The notes beneath the pieces are model-generated. The model searched no databases. It was not told the origin of the DNA and was given only the letters and a program-made list of their open reading frames with translations. Shown in pieces: positions 30,709-40,306 of a DNA stretch of 64,000 nt. Position 1 is the stretch's first letter; every line of letters starts with the position of its first letter. The stretch is from Myxococcota bacterium. GTDB taxonomy: Bacteria; Myxococcota_A; UBA9160; JAFDDA01. Where the stretch lies: positions 576,001 through 640,000 of the forward strand of contig OZ245817.1 in the NCBI GenBank assembly GCA_965228475.1, in the 5' to 3' direction. The translations under genes were made by a program, and so were the position numbers.

Positions 30709-31716
30709 ATGCATCGCCGAACTTCGATCCAGCTCTTGGCCGCCTGCGCGCTCGCGCTCCAGGTCACGCCCGCCGTCGCAGACGACATCGGCGGCAGTGG
30801 CTTCACCGTGCCGCCGACCCAGAGCGATTGGCTCTGGGGCGTCGAAGGCCTCGTCCGAACGCCGCTCGACGTCTCGATGGAGTTCGGCGCGATGTTCACG
30901 GGCTACGAGATGAACGCCCGCGTCACCCACGACGACCGCAACGGTGGCGCCGGCACCGTGAACGCCGTCAGCGACACGCTCGAGATCGAGCCCGAGGGCA
31001 TCGAAGGCGGTTTCCGGTTCGCCGGCGGCATCGGCTACTGGAACTGCTGCGTGCTGATCGAGCCCGCCGTCTCCGTGCGCTGGAACCGCGCACTGGGCGA
31101 CAACCGCACGGACGATTCGCCGCGCGCCTTCGACCCGAGCGACGCGAACGAGTTCTCCTTCGTCGAGGTCGAGTACCTCCACGGTTGGGACGTCGCCGTC
31201 GGTCCGCAGATGACCTGGATGGTCCAGGACTCGACGCCGCTCATCGGTGGCATCCTCGGCGGGCTTCCGCTGGTCTTCTTCCCCTACCTCGGTGTCACCC
31301 ACACGAACTACGACGCGGAGTTCATCTTCCGCGACAACGGCGTGCTGGCCGGGGCCGTCGACCGGAACTTCGAAGACGACAACTTCATGGTCGGCTTCGA
31401 CCTGGACATTCCGCTGCCCGGTTCCCACTGGAACTTCACCCACGCGCTCACCTTCGCCTTCCGCTGGAACAACGGCGGCGACTCGAGCGACCACGACTTC
31501 GGCGGCTTCGCGCCGGATACGCCGGGCATTCCGCCGGCGTTCCTGAACGTGGGCGGCACGGCGCGGGCGGACAGCTGCAACGGCAACTTCGGCAACGACC
31601 AGGTCTGCTTCAACCTCGACCGCGCGGACGGCTGGCGCATCGGCCTGCTCTACCGCGTGACCTGGAACGATTTCGAGGGCTTCTTCAAGCGGGTGGTGTT
31701 CGGCCCGGTGGAGTAA
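30709..31716 (+). CDS. secreted protein of unknown function, probable outer-membrane beta-barrel
   Basis: Signal peptide (AVA-DD); alternating aromatic/hydrophobic strands; strong codon bias; SD GAGAGGA; own terminator. Confidence 0.7.
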   Translation: MHRRTSIQLLAACALALQVTPAVADDIGGSGFTVPPTQSDWLWGVEGLVRTPLDVSMEFGAMFTGYEMNARVTHDDRNGGAGTVNAVSDTLEIEPEGIEGGFRFAGGIGYWNCCVLIEPAVSVRWNRALGDNRTDDSPRAFDPSDANEFSFVEVEYLHGWDVAVGPQMTWMVQDSTPLIGGILGGLPLVFFPYLGVTHTNYDAEFIFRDNGVLAGAVDRNFEDDNFMVGFDLDIPLPGSHWNFTHALTFAFRWNNGGDSSDHDFGGFAPDTPGIPPAFLNVGGTARADSCNGNFGNDQVCFNLDRADGWRIGLLYRVTWNDFEGFFKRVVFGPVE

Positions 31717-31736
31717 GCGCCGCCTCGATCGAATCG

Positions 31737-31776
31737 AAGACGCCCGGTGCGGGGTTCCGCACCGGGCGTCTTTCGT
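31737..31776 (+). terminator. intrinsic terminator
   Basis: Perfect 16-bp stem AAGACGCCCGGTGCGG / CCGCACCGGGCGTCTT, 4-nt loop, followed by TCGTTT. Confidence 0.85.
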
Positions 31777-31845
31777 TTCCGGAGCCTCCTCCGAGTTGAC
31801 ACACCGTCAGATCCCAGGGGACACTGCCGCCACCCAGGAGGAACG

Positions 31846-32859
31846 ATGGCGACGACGATCTACCACGATGCGGACGCGGATCTCGAAGAGCTCGCCGGCC
31901 AGACCCTGGCGGTCGTCGGCTACGGCAACCAGGGCCGCTCCCAGGCCCTGAACCTGCGGGATTCCGGCCTGGCGGTGATCGTCGGAAACGTCTCGGACGC
32001 CTCGGCCGAGCGGGCCCGCGAGGACGGCTTCGAGGTCTTCGAGATCTCCGAAGCCTGCCGCCGCGCCGACGTCGTGCTGCTCCTGATCCCCGACGAAGTC
32101 ATGCCCGACGTCTACGGCAAGGAGATCGCCCAGAACCTCCGGCCCGGGGTGCTCGTGGACTTCGCGAGCGGCTACAACGTGGCATTCGGTCTGATCACTG
32201 TGGCGGAAGGTCTCGACGTCGGCATGGTGGCGCCCCGCATGATCGGCCCCGGCGTGCGCGACACCTACGTCCGGGGCCAGGGTTTCCCGAGCTTCGTCGG
32301 CGTACACCAGGATGCGACGGGCCGGGCCAAGCAGCGCATCCTCGCCCTCGCGAAGGGCCTCGGCTCGACCCGCGCCGGCTGCATCGAGCTGAGCCTGCAC
32401 GACGAAGCGAGCCTCGACCTGTTCACGGAGCAGGGCTTCGGCCCGGCCTTCGGCCGGGTTCTCATGACGGCCGTCGACGTGCTCGTCGAGGCGGGCTACC
32501 CGCCCGAGGCGGTCCTGCTCGAGCTCTACATGTCCGGGGAGCTCGCCTACACCTTCGAGAAGATTCGCGAAGTCGGGCTCACGCAGCAGATGGACTACCA
32601 CTCCCGCACGAGCCAGTACGGCTCGATCACGCGCGGAATCCGCTATCTCGATCTCGGCGAACCCGTCGCCGAACGGATGCGGCAGGTGCTCGCCGAGATC
32701 CAGGACGGCACCTTCGCGGAGGAGTGGTCGGGAGCCCAGGCGACGGCCGGAGAGACGCTCGAGAAGGTGAAGGCGGCTCGCGACGGCATGCCGATTGCAA
32801 AGTGGGAACAGGCGGCGCGGCGCGCCTTCGGGATCGGCCCGGAGGAAGACGCGCGGTAG
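31846..32859 (+). CDS. ilvC: ketol-acid reductoisomerase (class I)-like
   Basis: YHDADADL, GYGNQG..QALNLRDSG, LIPDE, MVAPR, DLFTEQ, GYPPE, SQYG. Confidence 0.82.
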   Translation: MATTIYHDADADLEELAGQTLAVVGYGNQGRSQALNLRDSGLAVIVGNVSDASAERAREDGFEVFEISEACRRADVVLLLIPDEVMPDVYGKEIAQNLRPGVLVDFASGYNVAFGLITVAEGLDVGMVAPRMIGPGVRDTYVRGQGFPSFVGVHQDATGRAKQRILALAKGLGSTRAGCIELSLHDEASLDLFTEQGFGPAFGRVLMTAVDVLVEAGYPPEAVLLELYMSGELAYTFEKIREVGLTQQMDYHSRTSQYGSITRGIRYLDLGEPVAERMRQVLAEIQDGTFAEEWSGAQATAGETLEKVKAARDGMPIAKWEQAARRAFGIGPEEDAR

Positions 32860-32878
32860 CCGGACCCGAGGAGGGACC

Positions 32879-33229
32879 ATGGCAGCGAAGAAGACCGCGA
32901 AGAAGAAGACGGCCAAGAAGAAGGCCACGAAGCGCAAGAAGTCGGCGATCGCGAAGCTCGAGGCGGAGCTTCCGAAGTCGGTTCAGGGCTACACCAAGCA
33001 GGTTCGCAAGCAGCTCACCCAGCTCGAGAAGGACGTCGCGAAGGCCCGGAAGAACGCGAGCCGGCGGGGCACCAAGCTGCTTCGCGAGGCCAGCGAGTTC
33101 GTCGGCGCCCTCGAGGCACGCGGGGAGAAGGAACTCCGCAAGGGCCGCACCGAGGCCGCGAAGGTTCTCCACCGGCTCGAGCGGGCCGTGAAGCCGAAGG
33201 CCAAGAAGCGCAAGAAGAAGAAGAGCTAG
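32879..33229 (+). CDS. small Lys-rich protein with histone-H1-like tails and a central coiled coil
   Basis: MAAKKTAKKKTAKKKATKRKK...KPKAKKRKKKKS; SD GAGGGA. Confidence 0.8.
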   Translation: MAAKKTAKKKTAKKKATKRKKSAIAKLEAELPKSVQGYTKQVRKQLTQLEKDVAKARKNASRRGTKLLREASEFVGALEARGEKELRKGRTEAAKVLHRLERAVKPKAKKRKKKKS

Positions 33230-33249
33230 CCGGGCGTTCTCGCGGGAAC

Positions 33250-33882
33250 GTGCCTGCCTTGCATGCCAAGGACCCGGTCGCGATCGAGCGCCTCCTGCCC
33301 GAAGACCATCCGGCGGCGGTCGAGCTGCTGACCGAGGTCTTCTGGGACGGGCCCCTCGATCGGGCCGTGGTCGGAGGCCGGCCGTCGCGCCGGCGCCGGG
33401 CCAGCCGGGCGAGCATGGAGGCGAATCTCGTCGCCGCCGAAGGCCGCGCGGATCTGCGCGCGCTCCGGGAAGGTGGCCAGCTTCGCGGCGTCCTCATCGC
33501 CGTGCCCCCGGGCCTCGGCCCGCTGCCCCCGCCGCCGCTGCGCGTCCAGCTCCGGACCTGGCTGCTCCAGGGGCCACGCGCCGCGAGCCGCTGGCGCGAG
33601 GTCTACGAGGCCTTCCAGGCCGAGCGCCCGAAAGGGCTGCACTGGTACCTCTCGCTGCTGGCGGTGGCGCCCGGCTCCCAGGGCCGGGGCCTCGGCTCCG
33701 CCCTGCTCGCCGCCTGGCTCGCGGACGTGGACGCCCGGTGGGAGTCCGCCTGGCTCGAGACCGGCCGGGAGGAAAACGTGCGGTTCTACGAGCGCCAGGG
33801 CTTCGAGGTCGCCGGTGAGCTGCGGGTCTTCGACCAGCCCGTCTGGCTGATGGGGAGGCCTCCGAGGCCCGCTCCCGGGTAG
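33250..33882 (+). CDS. GNAT acetyltransferase (Pac-like)
   Basis: HWYLSLLAVAPGSQGRGLGSALL, WLET, NVRFYERQGF; start uncertain. Confidence 0.87.
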   Translation: MPALHAKDPVAIERLLPEDHPAAVELLTEVFWDGPLDRAVVGGRPSRRRRASRASMEANLVAAEGRADLRALREGGQLRGVLIAVPPGLGPLPPPPLRVQLRTWLLQGPRAASRWREVYEAFQAERPKGLHWYLSLLAVAPGSQGRGLGSALLAAWLADVDARWESAWLETGREENVRFYERQGFEVAGELRVFDQPVWLMGRPPRPAPG

Positions 33883-34061
33883 CAGGGTGACAAACCCCAG
33901 GATCGGGCTATTTTCCCCGCGGTTTATCCCACCAGGGAAGGGGATGGCGGTGGTGGCAGCTTCGCGCTGCCCGCCGCCGAGCCTTCTCCCCCTCGTCCAT
34001 CGAATCCCGCCGCGTTTTGCCCCTGCCACCTCCGCCGGGCTTTGCGATCTTGTTCGCCTTG

Positions 34062-34724
34062 ATGGAACCCCAACCCGGTCCCCAGAGCGGCCCTCGGACG
34101 CCGGCGCGCGGCAAGCTCCGCAAGGACGATGGCCGTCTCGTCCGGGGGCGGCGGAGCCGCGCGCGGATCCGTGCCGCGGCCCGCGAGCTCTTCGCCGAGC
34201 GGGGCTTCGACGGGGCGACGCTTCGGGCCATCGCCGAGCGCGCCGGGATGGGCGCGAGCTCGATCTATCGCCACGTGCGCTCGAAGGAGGAGCTTCTGGT
34301 GGCGGAGCTCGCCGACCTCCAGGAGGAGGCCTGGCTGCGCTTCCGCCAGGAGGACGACCGCCAGGCGCCGACCCGCGGCCGGCTCGAGAAGTTCCTCGAC
34401 ATGGAGCACGCGCTCCTCGCCGCCACGCCGGACCTCACCCTGATCGCCCTGCGCGCGACCACCCAGAGCGAGGCCCGGGTCGCGCGCCGCGCCCTGGCGC
34501 TGCAGGACCGCACGATCGGCCTGCTGGCCGAAATCCTCCAGCGCGGCCGGATGTCCGGGGAACTCGCCCGCGACGTCGATCTGCTGGCCGCCGCCCGAAC
34601 GCTCCTGCACCTGACCCAGGGCTCCCGGATCGCCTGGGCGAACGGGCTCCAGAGCGCCGACGCCTGCCGGGATGCGATCCGCTCGGGCGTCGCCGTCCTC
34701 TACCAGGGTCTCTCGGCCCGCTAG
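34062..34724 (+). CDS. TetR-family regulator
   Basis: ARELFAERGFDGATLRAIAERAGMGASSIYRHVRSKEELL. Confidence 0.9.
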   Translation: MEPQPGPQSGPRTPARGKLRKDDGRLVRGRRSRARIRAAARELFAERGFDGATLRAIAERAGMGASSIYRHVRSKEELLVAELADLQEEAWLRFRQEDDRQAPTRGRLEKFLDMEHALLAATPDLTLIALRATTQSEARVARRALALQDRTIGLLAEILQRGRMSGELARDVDLLAAARTLLHLTQGSRIAWANGLQSADACRDAIRSGVAVLYQGLSAR

Positions 34725-34781
34725 GCCGGCGTCCCTCGCCGTCCGGCACGGTAGACTCCTCCGCTCACCGTCGGAGGAAGC

Positions 34782-35756
34782 ATGCGAGCCATTGTCGTCG
34801 ACCGTTGGATGGAGCCGAGCGAGATGTCGGTCTCGGAGGTGCCCGAGCCCGAGGTCGGGCCCGGCACCCTCAAGCTCGAGGTGAAGGCCGCCGGCTGCAA
34901 CTTCTTCGACATCCTCATGGCCCAGGGCCAGTACCAGGTGAAGCCGCCGTTCCCCTTCATCCCGGGGGCGGAGGTCGGCGGGATCGTCGCCGAGGTCGGC
35001 GAGGGCGTGACGGGCTTCGAGCCCGGGGACCGCGTGCTGTCGTCCTGCGGCCTCGGCGCCTTCGCCGAGAAGGTCGTCGCGCCCGCGAAGGGGACGTACA
35101 AGCTTCCGGCCGGGATGAGCTTCGAGGAGGGCGCGGCGCTTCCGATCGTCTACCCGACCTCCTACGCCGGCCTCGTCTTCCGCGCGAACCTGCAGGCCGG
35201 CGAGAATCTGCTCGTGCACGCCGCGGCCGGCGGCGTCGGCGTGGCGGCGGTGCAGATCGGCAAGGCCCTCGGCGCGCGCGTCCTCGCGACGGCCGGCGGC
35301 GCGGACAAGCTCGAGATCGCGCGCGAGGCCGGGGCCGACGTGCTGATCGACTACCGCAAGGAAGACTTCGTCGCGCGCGTGAAGGAAGAGACCGGCGGCG
35401 CGGGCGCCGACGTGATCTACGACTCCGTCGGCGGCGACATCTTCGACCAATCGCTGAAGTGCATCGCCTGGAACGGACGCCTGCTCGTGATCGGTTTCGC
35501 CAGCGGACGGATTCCCGAGGTGAAGGCGAACCGGATCCTCTTGAAGAACATCGCGATCACGGGCCTGCACTGGGGCGCCCACGTGACGAGCGACCCGGAG
35601 AAGATCCCGCAGACCTTCGATGCGCTCTTCGATCTCTACGAGAAGGGGAAGATCAAGCCGGTGATCTACGGGAGCTACCCGCTCGACGAGGTGCCGGCGG
35701 CGCTCGGGGCGCTCGGCTCGCGCAAGACCCACGGCAAGGTCATCGTCGCGCCCTAG
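34782..35756 (+). CDS. NADPH:quinone oxidoreductase family (MDR)
   Basis: PFIPGAE, HAAAGGVG, IGFASG, GKVIV. Confidence 0.92.
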   Translation: MRAIVVDRWMEPSEMSVSEVPEPEVGPGTLKLEVKAAGCNFFDILMAQGQYQVKPPFPFIPGAEVGGIVAEVGEGVTGFEPGDRVLSSCGLGAFAEKVVAPAKGTYKLPAGMSFEEGAALPIVYPTSYAGLVFRANLQAGENLLVHAAAGGVGVAAVQIGKALGARVLATAGGADKLEIAREAGADVLIDYRKEDFVARVKEETGGAGADVIYDSVGGDIFDQSLKCIAWNGRLLVIGFASGRIPEVKANRILLKNIAITGLHWGAHVTSDPEKIPQTFDALFDLYEKGKIKPVIYGSYPLDEVPAALGALGSRKTHGKVIVAP

Positions 35757-35781
35757 GCGCTCCCGGCGCTCGGGTTCGCGC

Positions 35782-36327
35782 TCAGGGCTTCCACTTGATG
35801 TTGCAGCCGATGCTCGGCGTCTGCTCGGGGGCCGGCTTCGCGCCCGCGAGCACCGCATCCGCCGCGGCGCGCAGGTCCGCGCCGTCCACCGGTGCGCCGT
35901 TGCCCGGGCGGGCGGCGTCGAGCTGGCCGCGGTAGGCGAGGGCGCCTTCGCCGTCGAACAGGAAGAAGTCCGGCGTGCAGGCGGCCTGGTAGGCCCGGGC
36001 GACGTCCTGGCTCTCGTCGAACAGGTAGGGGAAGGGGTAGCCCTCCTTTGCCATGAGCTCGGGGGCATCGTCCGGGTAGTTCTCGACGTCGTTCGACATG
36101 ATCGCGACGACGCCGAGCCCGCGCTTTTCGTAGTCGTGACCGAAGCGGACGAGTTCGGCCTTCACGTGCTTCACGTAGGGGCAGTGGTTCGAGAGGAACG
36201 CCACGAGCAGTCCGCCCGGGGTCTGTACGTCGGCGAGGCGGACGGTGTTGCCGGTCGCCGGGTCGGGCAGGGCGAAGTCCGGCGCCTGCGTACCGAGCGG
36301 GAGCATCACGGAGGGGGTCGCGGCCAT
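35782..36327 (-). CDS. thioredoxin-fold AhpC/TSA-like protein
   Basis: APDFAL, NHCPYV, CTPDFFLFD, YRGQLD, SIGCNIKW. Confidence 0.9.
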   Translation of the reverse strand: MAATPSVMLPLGTQAPDFALPDPATGNTVRLADVQTPGGLLVAFLSNHCPYVKHVKAELVRFGHDYEKRGLGVVAIMSNDVENYPDDAPELMAKEGYPFPYLFDESQDVARAYQAACTPDFFLFDGEGALAYRGQLDAARPGNGAPVDGADLRAAADAVLAGAKPAPEQTPSIGCNIKWKP

Positions 36328-36339
36328 GGTCGTTCTCCT

Positions 36340-37005
36340 TCAAGGCCCTGGATCGTAGCGTTCCCAGTGCAGGCACTCGTCGACGGGGCGCCGGGGCGGC
36401 TGGCCGAAGCGTCCCGCTGGCCACCCGATCGGGAGCAGCGCGCTGCTCATGCAGCCCTCGGGCAGGCCGAGCCAGCCGTCGATCTCGTCGCCGTAGGCCC
36501 GGTGGACGGTCGTCAGGGAAGCGCCGAGCCCGACCGCACGGCAGGCGAGCAGGATGTTCTGGACGCACGGGAAGATCGCCTGGGCCTGCTCGGCTCCGCG
36601 CCGCTTCCAGCCCGCCACGAAGAGCAGCACGGGCGCCTCGTGCAGGTGGTCCGCGAGGTGGAGCGCGGCTTTCACGTTCCGGCGCTTGGCCTCCGGGAAG
36701 TCCGGCGCCTTCGCGGCTTCGAGCGCCGGGGCGATGTAGGCGTGGAAGGCCTCGCGGTAGCGCTCGGCCACGAACGCGCGCCGCTCCGGCTCCGTCACGG
36801 CGACGAAGATCCAGGGCTGCCGGTTCCCGCCGCTCGGGGCGAAAGTCCCGGCCTCGCAGACCTGGCGGATCAGCGCCGCGGGGACCGGGTCTGCGCGCAG
36901 CCTGCGCATGGCGCGCGTCGTGCGGATCCCTTCCAGGAGCGGGAGCGTTTCGCCGATGGCCTCGCTTTCGGGCGGAGCGCCTCTTCGGGTCGGAGCGTCG
37001 GGCAT
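36340..37005 (-). CDS. nitroreductase family protein
   Basis: TRAMRRL, APSGGNRQPW, QNILLACRAVGLG, PIGWP. Confidence 0.88.
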   Translation of the reverse strand: MPDAPTRRGAPPESEAIGETLPLLEGIRTTRAMRRLRADPVPAALIRQVCEAGTFAPSGGNRQPWIFVAVTEPERRAFVAERYREAFHAYIAPALEAAKAPDFPEAKRRNVKAALHLADHLHEAPVLLFVAGWKRRGAEQAQAIFPCVQNILLACRAVGLGASLTTVHRAYGDEIDGWLGLPEGCMSSALLPIGWPAGRFGQPPRRPVDECLHWERYDPGP

Positions 37006-37109
37006 GGTCCTCCTCGTCGGAGGCGAGCCTAACCCGATCCGGGCGCCACGCCCGCTTGCACGGGCCTCCGCCGCAGGGAACACTCCCCCGCTCATCCAGA
37101 GGAGGCACC

Positions 37110-37838
37110 ATGAAATCCGGACTCGCCATCGTCGCTGCGGCCCTCGCGAGCCTGCTCGTCGGCTACTACCTCGGCCAGAACAGCGCCGGCAGCGCTCCCT
37201 CCGGCGACGTCACCGCCCAGCTCGAGGCGATCCAGGCGGATCTGGCCGAGCTGAAGAAGGCGCGCCCCGCGGCCGCGCCCGAGCCGCGCCGCCGCGCCGG
37301 CCCGGACCCGAACAAGGTCCACCAGGTGAAGGTGGACGGCTCGCCGAGCAAGGGCGCCGCCGATGCGAAGGTCACGATCGTCGAGTTCTCGGACTTCCAG
37401 TGCCCCTACTGCAGCCGCGTCGGCCCGACGCTCGCCCGCCTGCTCGACGAGTACCCGGAAGACGTGCGCATCGTCTACAAGCACCTGCCGCTCTCGTTCC
37501 ACAAACAGGCGCTGCCGGCGGCCAAGGCCAGCATGGCGGCGGACCGCCAGGGGAAGTTCTGGGAGTTCCACGACGAGCTCTTCAAGGTCCAGCGCCAGCT
37601 GACGGACGAGAAGTTCATGGAGATCGCCGGGCAGCTCGGTCTCGACATGAAGAAGTTCGAGCAGGACTACAAGTCTGCCGAGGTCGCGACCCAGGTCGCC
37701 CAGGACATGAGCGAAGCGCGCCGCCTCGGCGTGACCGGCACCCCCGGCTTCTTCGTGAACGGGCGCTTCCTGTCCGGCGCGCGGCCCTACGAGTCGTTCA
37801 AGGAGATGGTCGACGCGGCGCTCGCGGCCGACGCCTGA
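37110..37838 (+). CDS. DsbA/BdbD-like thioredoxin-domain protein
   Basis: N-terminal TM segment; EFSDFQCPYC, GVTGTPGFFVNG. Confidence 0.92.
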   Translation: MKSGLAIVAAALASLLVGYYLGQNSAGSAPSGDVTAQLEAIQADLAELKKARPAAAPEPRRRAGPDPNKVHQVKVDGSPSKGAADAKVTIVEFSDFQCPYCSRVGPTLARLLDEYPEDVRIVYKHLPLSFHKQALPAAKASMAADRQGKFWEFHDELFKVQRQLTDEKFMEIAGQLGLDMKKFEQDYKSAEVATQVAQDMSEARRLGVTGTPGFFVNGRFLSGARPYESFKEMVDAALAADA

Positions 37839-40306
37839 TCCGAGCGCGCTTCGGCGCCCTTCGCGGGTGCCAGGCAGAACTCCGGGGTCCAGCCGTTGGG
37901 GATGGTCGGGCTCTCGACCGGTTCGTTGCGGAGCGCCGCCAGCATGCGAACGGGCTTGAGCACGCCCGCCTCGATCTTGTCGTCGTCGAGCCGCACCAGC
38001 CGGTCGACGAAGCGCCGGTCGCTGGCCTGGGTCGGGTCGAAGTTCGGGCCGAAGCTCGGACCGAAGAAGAGATCCCCGACGCCGCCGAAGGCCACGAACG
38101 TCTCGAACTCGAAGCCCGAGTCCAGCAGGGCCGGCAGCACGGCGGACGCGCGGGTCGGGCCGTCCGAGGAGCCGGCGTCGAGGGCGGTGTCGAGCTGACT
38201 CTTCGGCGCGCCGCTCACGTGGTCGTGCTTGTAGCGGCCGGGCATGACCTCGAAGATGCGCTGGGCCACGGTCGTCGCGGCCTCGCCGCGCCGCGCGCCG
38301 GCTTCGCCGATCGAGCTCGCCACCACGCAGACGCCGCCGGGTGAGAGCCAGCGCTTCCACGCTTCGATCCGTTCTTCGATGCGCGAGAGCCGGGCGATGT
38401 CGCCCGGGACGAAGACGACGTCGAACTGGGGCTCCGGCTGGGCTTCGCCCTGCGGGCTCGTTCCGACCCGAAGCTCGAGGTTGCCGGCGACGCCCTCCGC
38501 TTCGGCCGCCGTGCGCTCGCGCGCCGCGGCGGCTTCGCTGCCGACGAGGAGCCGGATCTTGAACTGCTTGCATCCACCGTCGACGAGGCGCCGCGCGAGC
38601 CGGACCTCGAAGTGCGGGACGCCGCCGATCGACAGGACGCGCACGGTGCGGTCGCCCTCCTGGCAGACGCGTTCGATGTGCCGCGCGAAGAACGAGATGC
38701 GGTCGCTGGCGCCGAGCGGGGCGAGCTTGTCGGAGAGGTGGCGCCCCTCCCAGTAGGTGTCGGCGGTGCTCGGCGGAAGCAGTTCGGCGACGAACGCTTC
38801 TTCGGCCGGGGGCTCCGGTTCCGTCGAGACCGGGGCCTCGGAAGCGGCGCTGCCGGCTTCACCCCACGCCGTCGACACTGCTTCGTCGGCGGAGACGACG
38901 GGCTGCGACCACCCTTCGGCGGCTTCGGAGGGTTCGCGGGTTTCCCCGGTTTCGGTGCGCACGGAGGTCCAGCCCTCGGCGGCCTCGCTCGGGCCTGCAT
39001 TCGGCGCGGCCTCGGCCCGGCTCGCGGGATCCTCGATGGCCGTCTCCAGGGGCTCGGTCGCGGTGTCCACGGCGGCGGTGGCGTCCACTGCGGCCTCCGC
39101 CCCGACGTTCGCGATGATCCGCTGGACGGAAGCCAGGGAGGTCGCGAGCCGCTGCCGCTCGCGCTCGGATTCCGCGAGCTCCCGGGCGAGCGCCTCCTGC
39201 TCCTCGATGGCGATCGTCGCGGTGCGCCTGGCGTCGGTGGCGGTCTGCGTCTCGGCCTCGAGCCGCGCTTCGAGCTCCTGGGCCTCGAGCTCCTGGTCCG
39301 CGAGCCGCCCCTCGGCGACGCTCTGGATCCGCTGCAGCGCGGCGATCTCCTGGTCCCGGGCGTCGAGGGTTTCCTTCACCGCGGCCAGGGCATCCTGGCT
39401 GCGCCGCTGCTCCTCGGCGTGACGTTCCGCATCGGCGGCATGGGCATCGACGCGCTTGCGCAAAGCGTCCGCCTCGCTCTCCGCGACCTTGGCCGCGCGT
39501 TCGGCGGCGGCCAGGCCGTCGCGAAGGCGCGAGATCTGATCGTCGCGCGCGCCGAGGTCCTGGCGGAGCTCGTCGATCCGTCCGTTCGCCGTCGCGAGCT
39601 CGGCATCGCGGGCGGCCACGCTCTTCTGGGCGCGCGAAGCCGAGCCGCGCAGGATGACGATCTCCTCCTCGCGCATCCCGACGGTTTCCCGAGCGTTGGC
39701 GAGCTGCGCGCGCGTGGCGTCGAGCTCCCGCACGCGTTCCTCGAGCATGCGCTCGGTGGTCGCGAGACGGGCTTCGAGCCCGCTCGCCTGATCCTCCCGT
39801 TCGCGCAGGCTCTGGAGCGACTCCTTCAGCGTCTGGCGGACGAGATCGACGGAGCGTTCGAGGGCCTCGGCCGAGGGGCCGTCGTCCGCCTTCGGGCGTT
39901 CTTCGAGGGCGGCGATCCGCTGGCGGCTCTCGAGGAGCTGGTCTTCGAGGTCCGCGACGCGGCGGTCGCGCGAGGCGAGGTCGACCTGGAGGGTCTGAAG
40001 GGAGAGTCGGCCTTCGGAGGCGAGGGCCGAGTCGGCGCGGAGCCCCGCGAACTCGGTGCGCAGGGCGCCGAGCTCCGCCCGAAGCGCAGCGAGCTCCCGT
40101 TCCCGTTCCGCCAGCTCCCGCTCCCGCTCCGCGAGGGCCGTCCGGGCCCCTTCGAGATCGTGGTGCGCGGATTCGAGGGCGGTCTTCGAGGCGGCGATCT
40201 CGTTCGCGACGCTCTGCTTGAGGAAGCGGCCGCGCGCGTCTCGCTGGGGTGCGCCGGGCTTCGCGCTGGGCGTCGCAGGTTCGGTGCCGTCGGGCGTTCG
40301 GGGCAT
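37787..40306 (-). CDS. long coiled-coil protein with C-terminal SAM-methyltransferase-like domain
   Basis: About 380 aa of heptad-rich E/R/A/L sequence, acidic linker, then RVLSIGG...FDVVF...LSPGG Rossmann-like domain; 3' end overlaps dsbA by about 50 nt. Confidence 0.75.
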   Translation of the reverse strand: MPRTPDGTEPATPSAKPGAPQRDARGRFLKQSVANEIAASKTALESAHHDLEGARTALAERERELAERERELAALRAELGALRTEFAGLRADSALASEGRLSLQTLQVDLASRDRRVADLEDQLLESRQRIAALEERPKADDGPSAEALERSVDLVRQTLKESLQSLREREDQASGLEARLATTERMLEERVRELDATRAQLANARETVGMREEEIVILRGSASRAQKSVAARDAELATANGRIDELRQDLGARDDQISRLRDGLAAAERAAKVAESEADALRKRVDAHAADAERHAEEQRRSQDALAAVKETLDARDQEIAALQRIQSVAEGRLADQELEAQELEARLEAETQTATDARRTATIAIEEQEALARELAESERERQRLATSLASVQRIIANVGAEAAVDATAAVDTATEPLETAIEDPASRAEAAPNAGPSEAAEGWTSVRTETGETREPSEAAEGWSQPVVSADEAVSTAWGEAGSAASEAPVSTEPEPPAEEAFVAELLPPSTADTYWEGRHLSDKLAPLGASDRISFFARHIERVCQEGDRTVRVLSIGGVPHFEVRLARRLVDGGCKQFKIRLLVGSEAAAARERTAAEAEGVAGNLELRVGTSPQGEAQPEPQFDVVFVPGDIARLSRIEERIEAWKRWLSPGGVCVVASSIGEAGARRGEAATTVAQRIFEVMPGRYKHDHVSGAPKSQLDTALDAGSSDGPTRASAVLPALLDSGFEFETFVAFGGVGDLFFGPSFGPNFDPTQASDRRFVDRLVRLDDDKIEAGVLKPVRMLAALRNEPVESPTIPNGWTPEFCLAPAKGAEARSDQASAASAASTISLNDS

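Noticed and set aside
40090..40132. Near-tandem 21-bp repeat (AERERELx2)
   Set aside because: It is a simple heptad duplication within a coiled coil.
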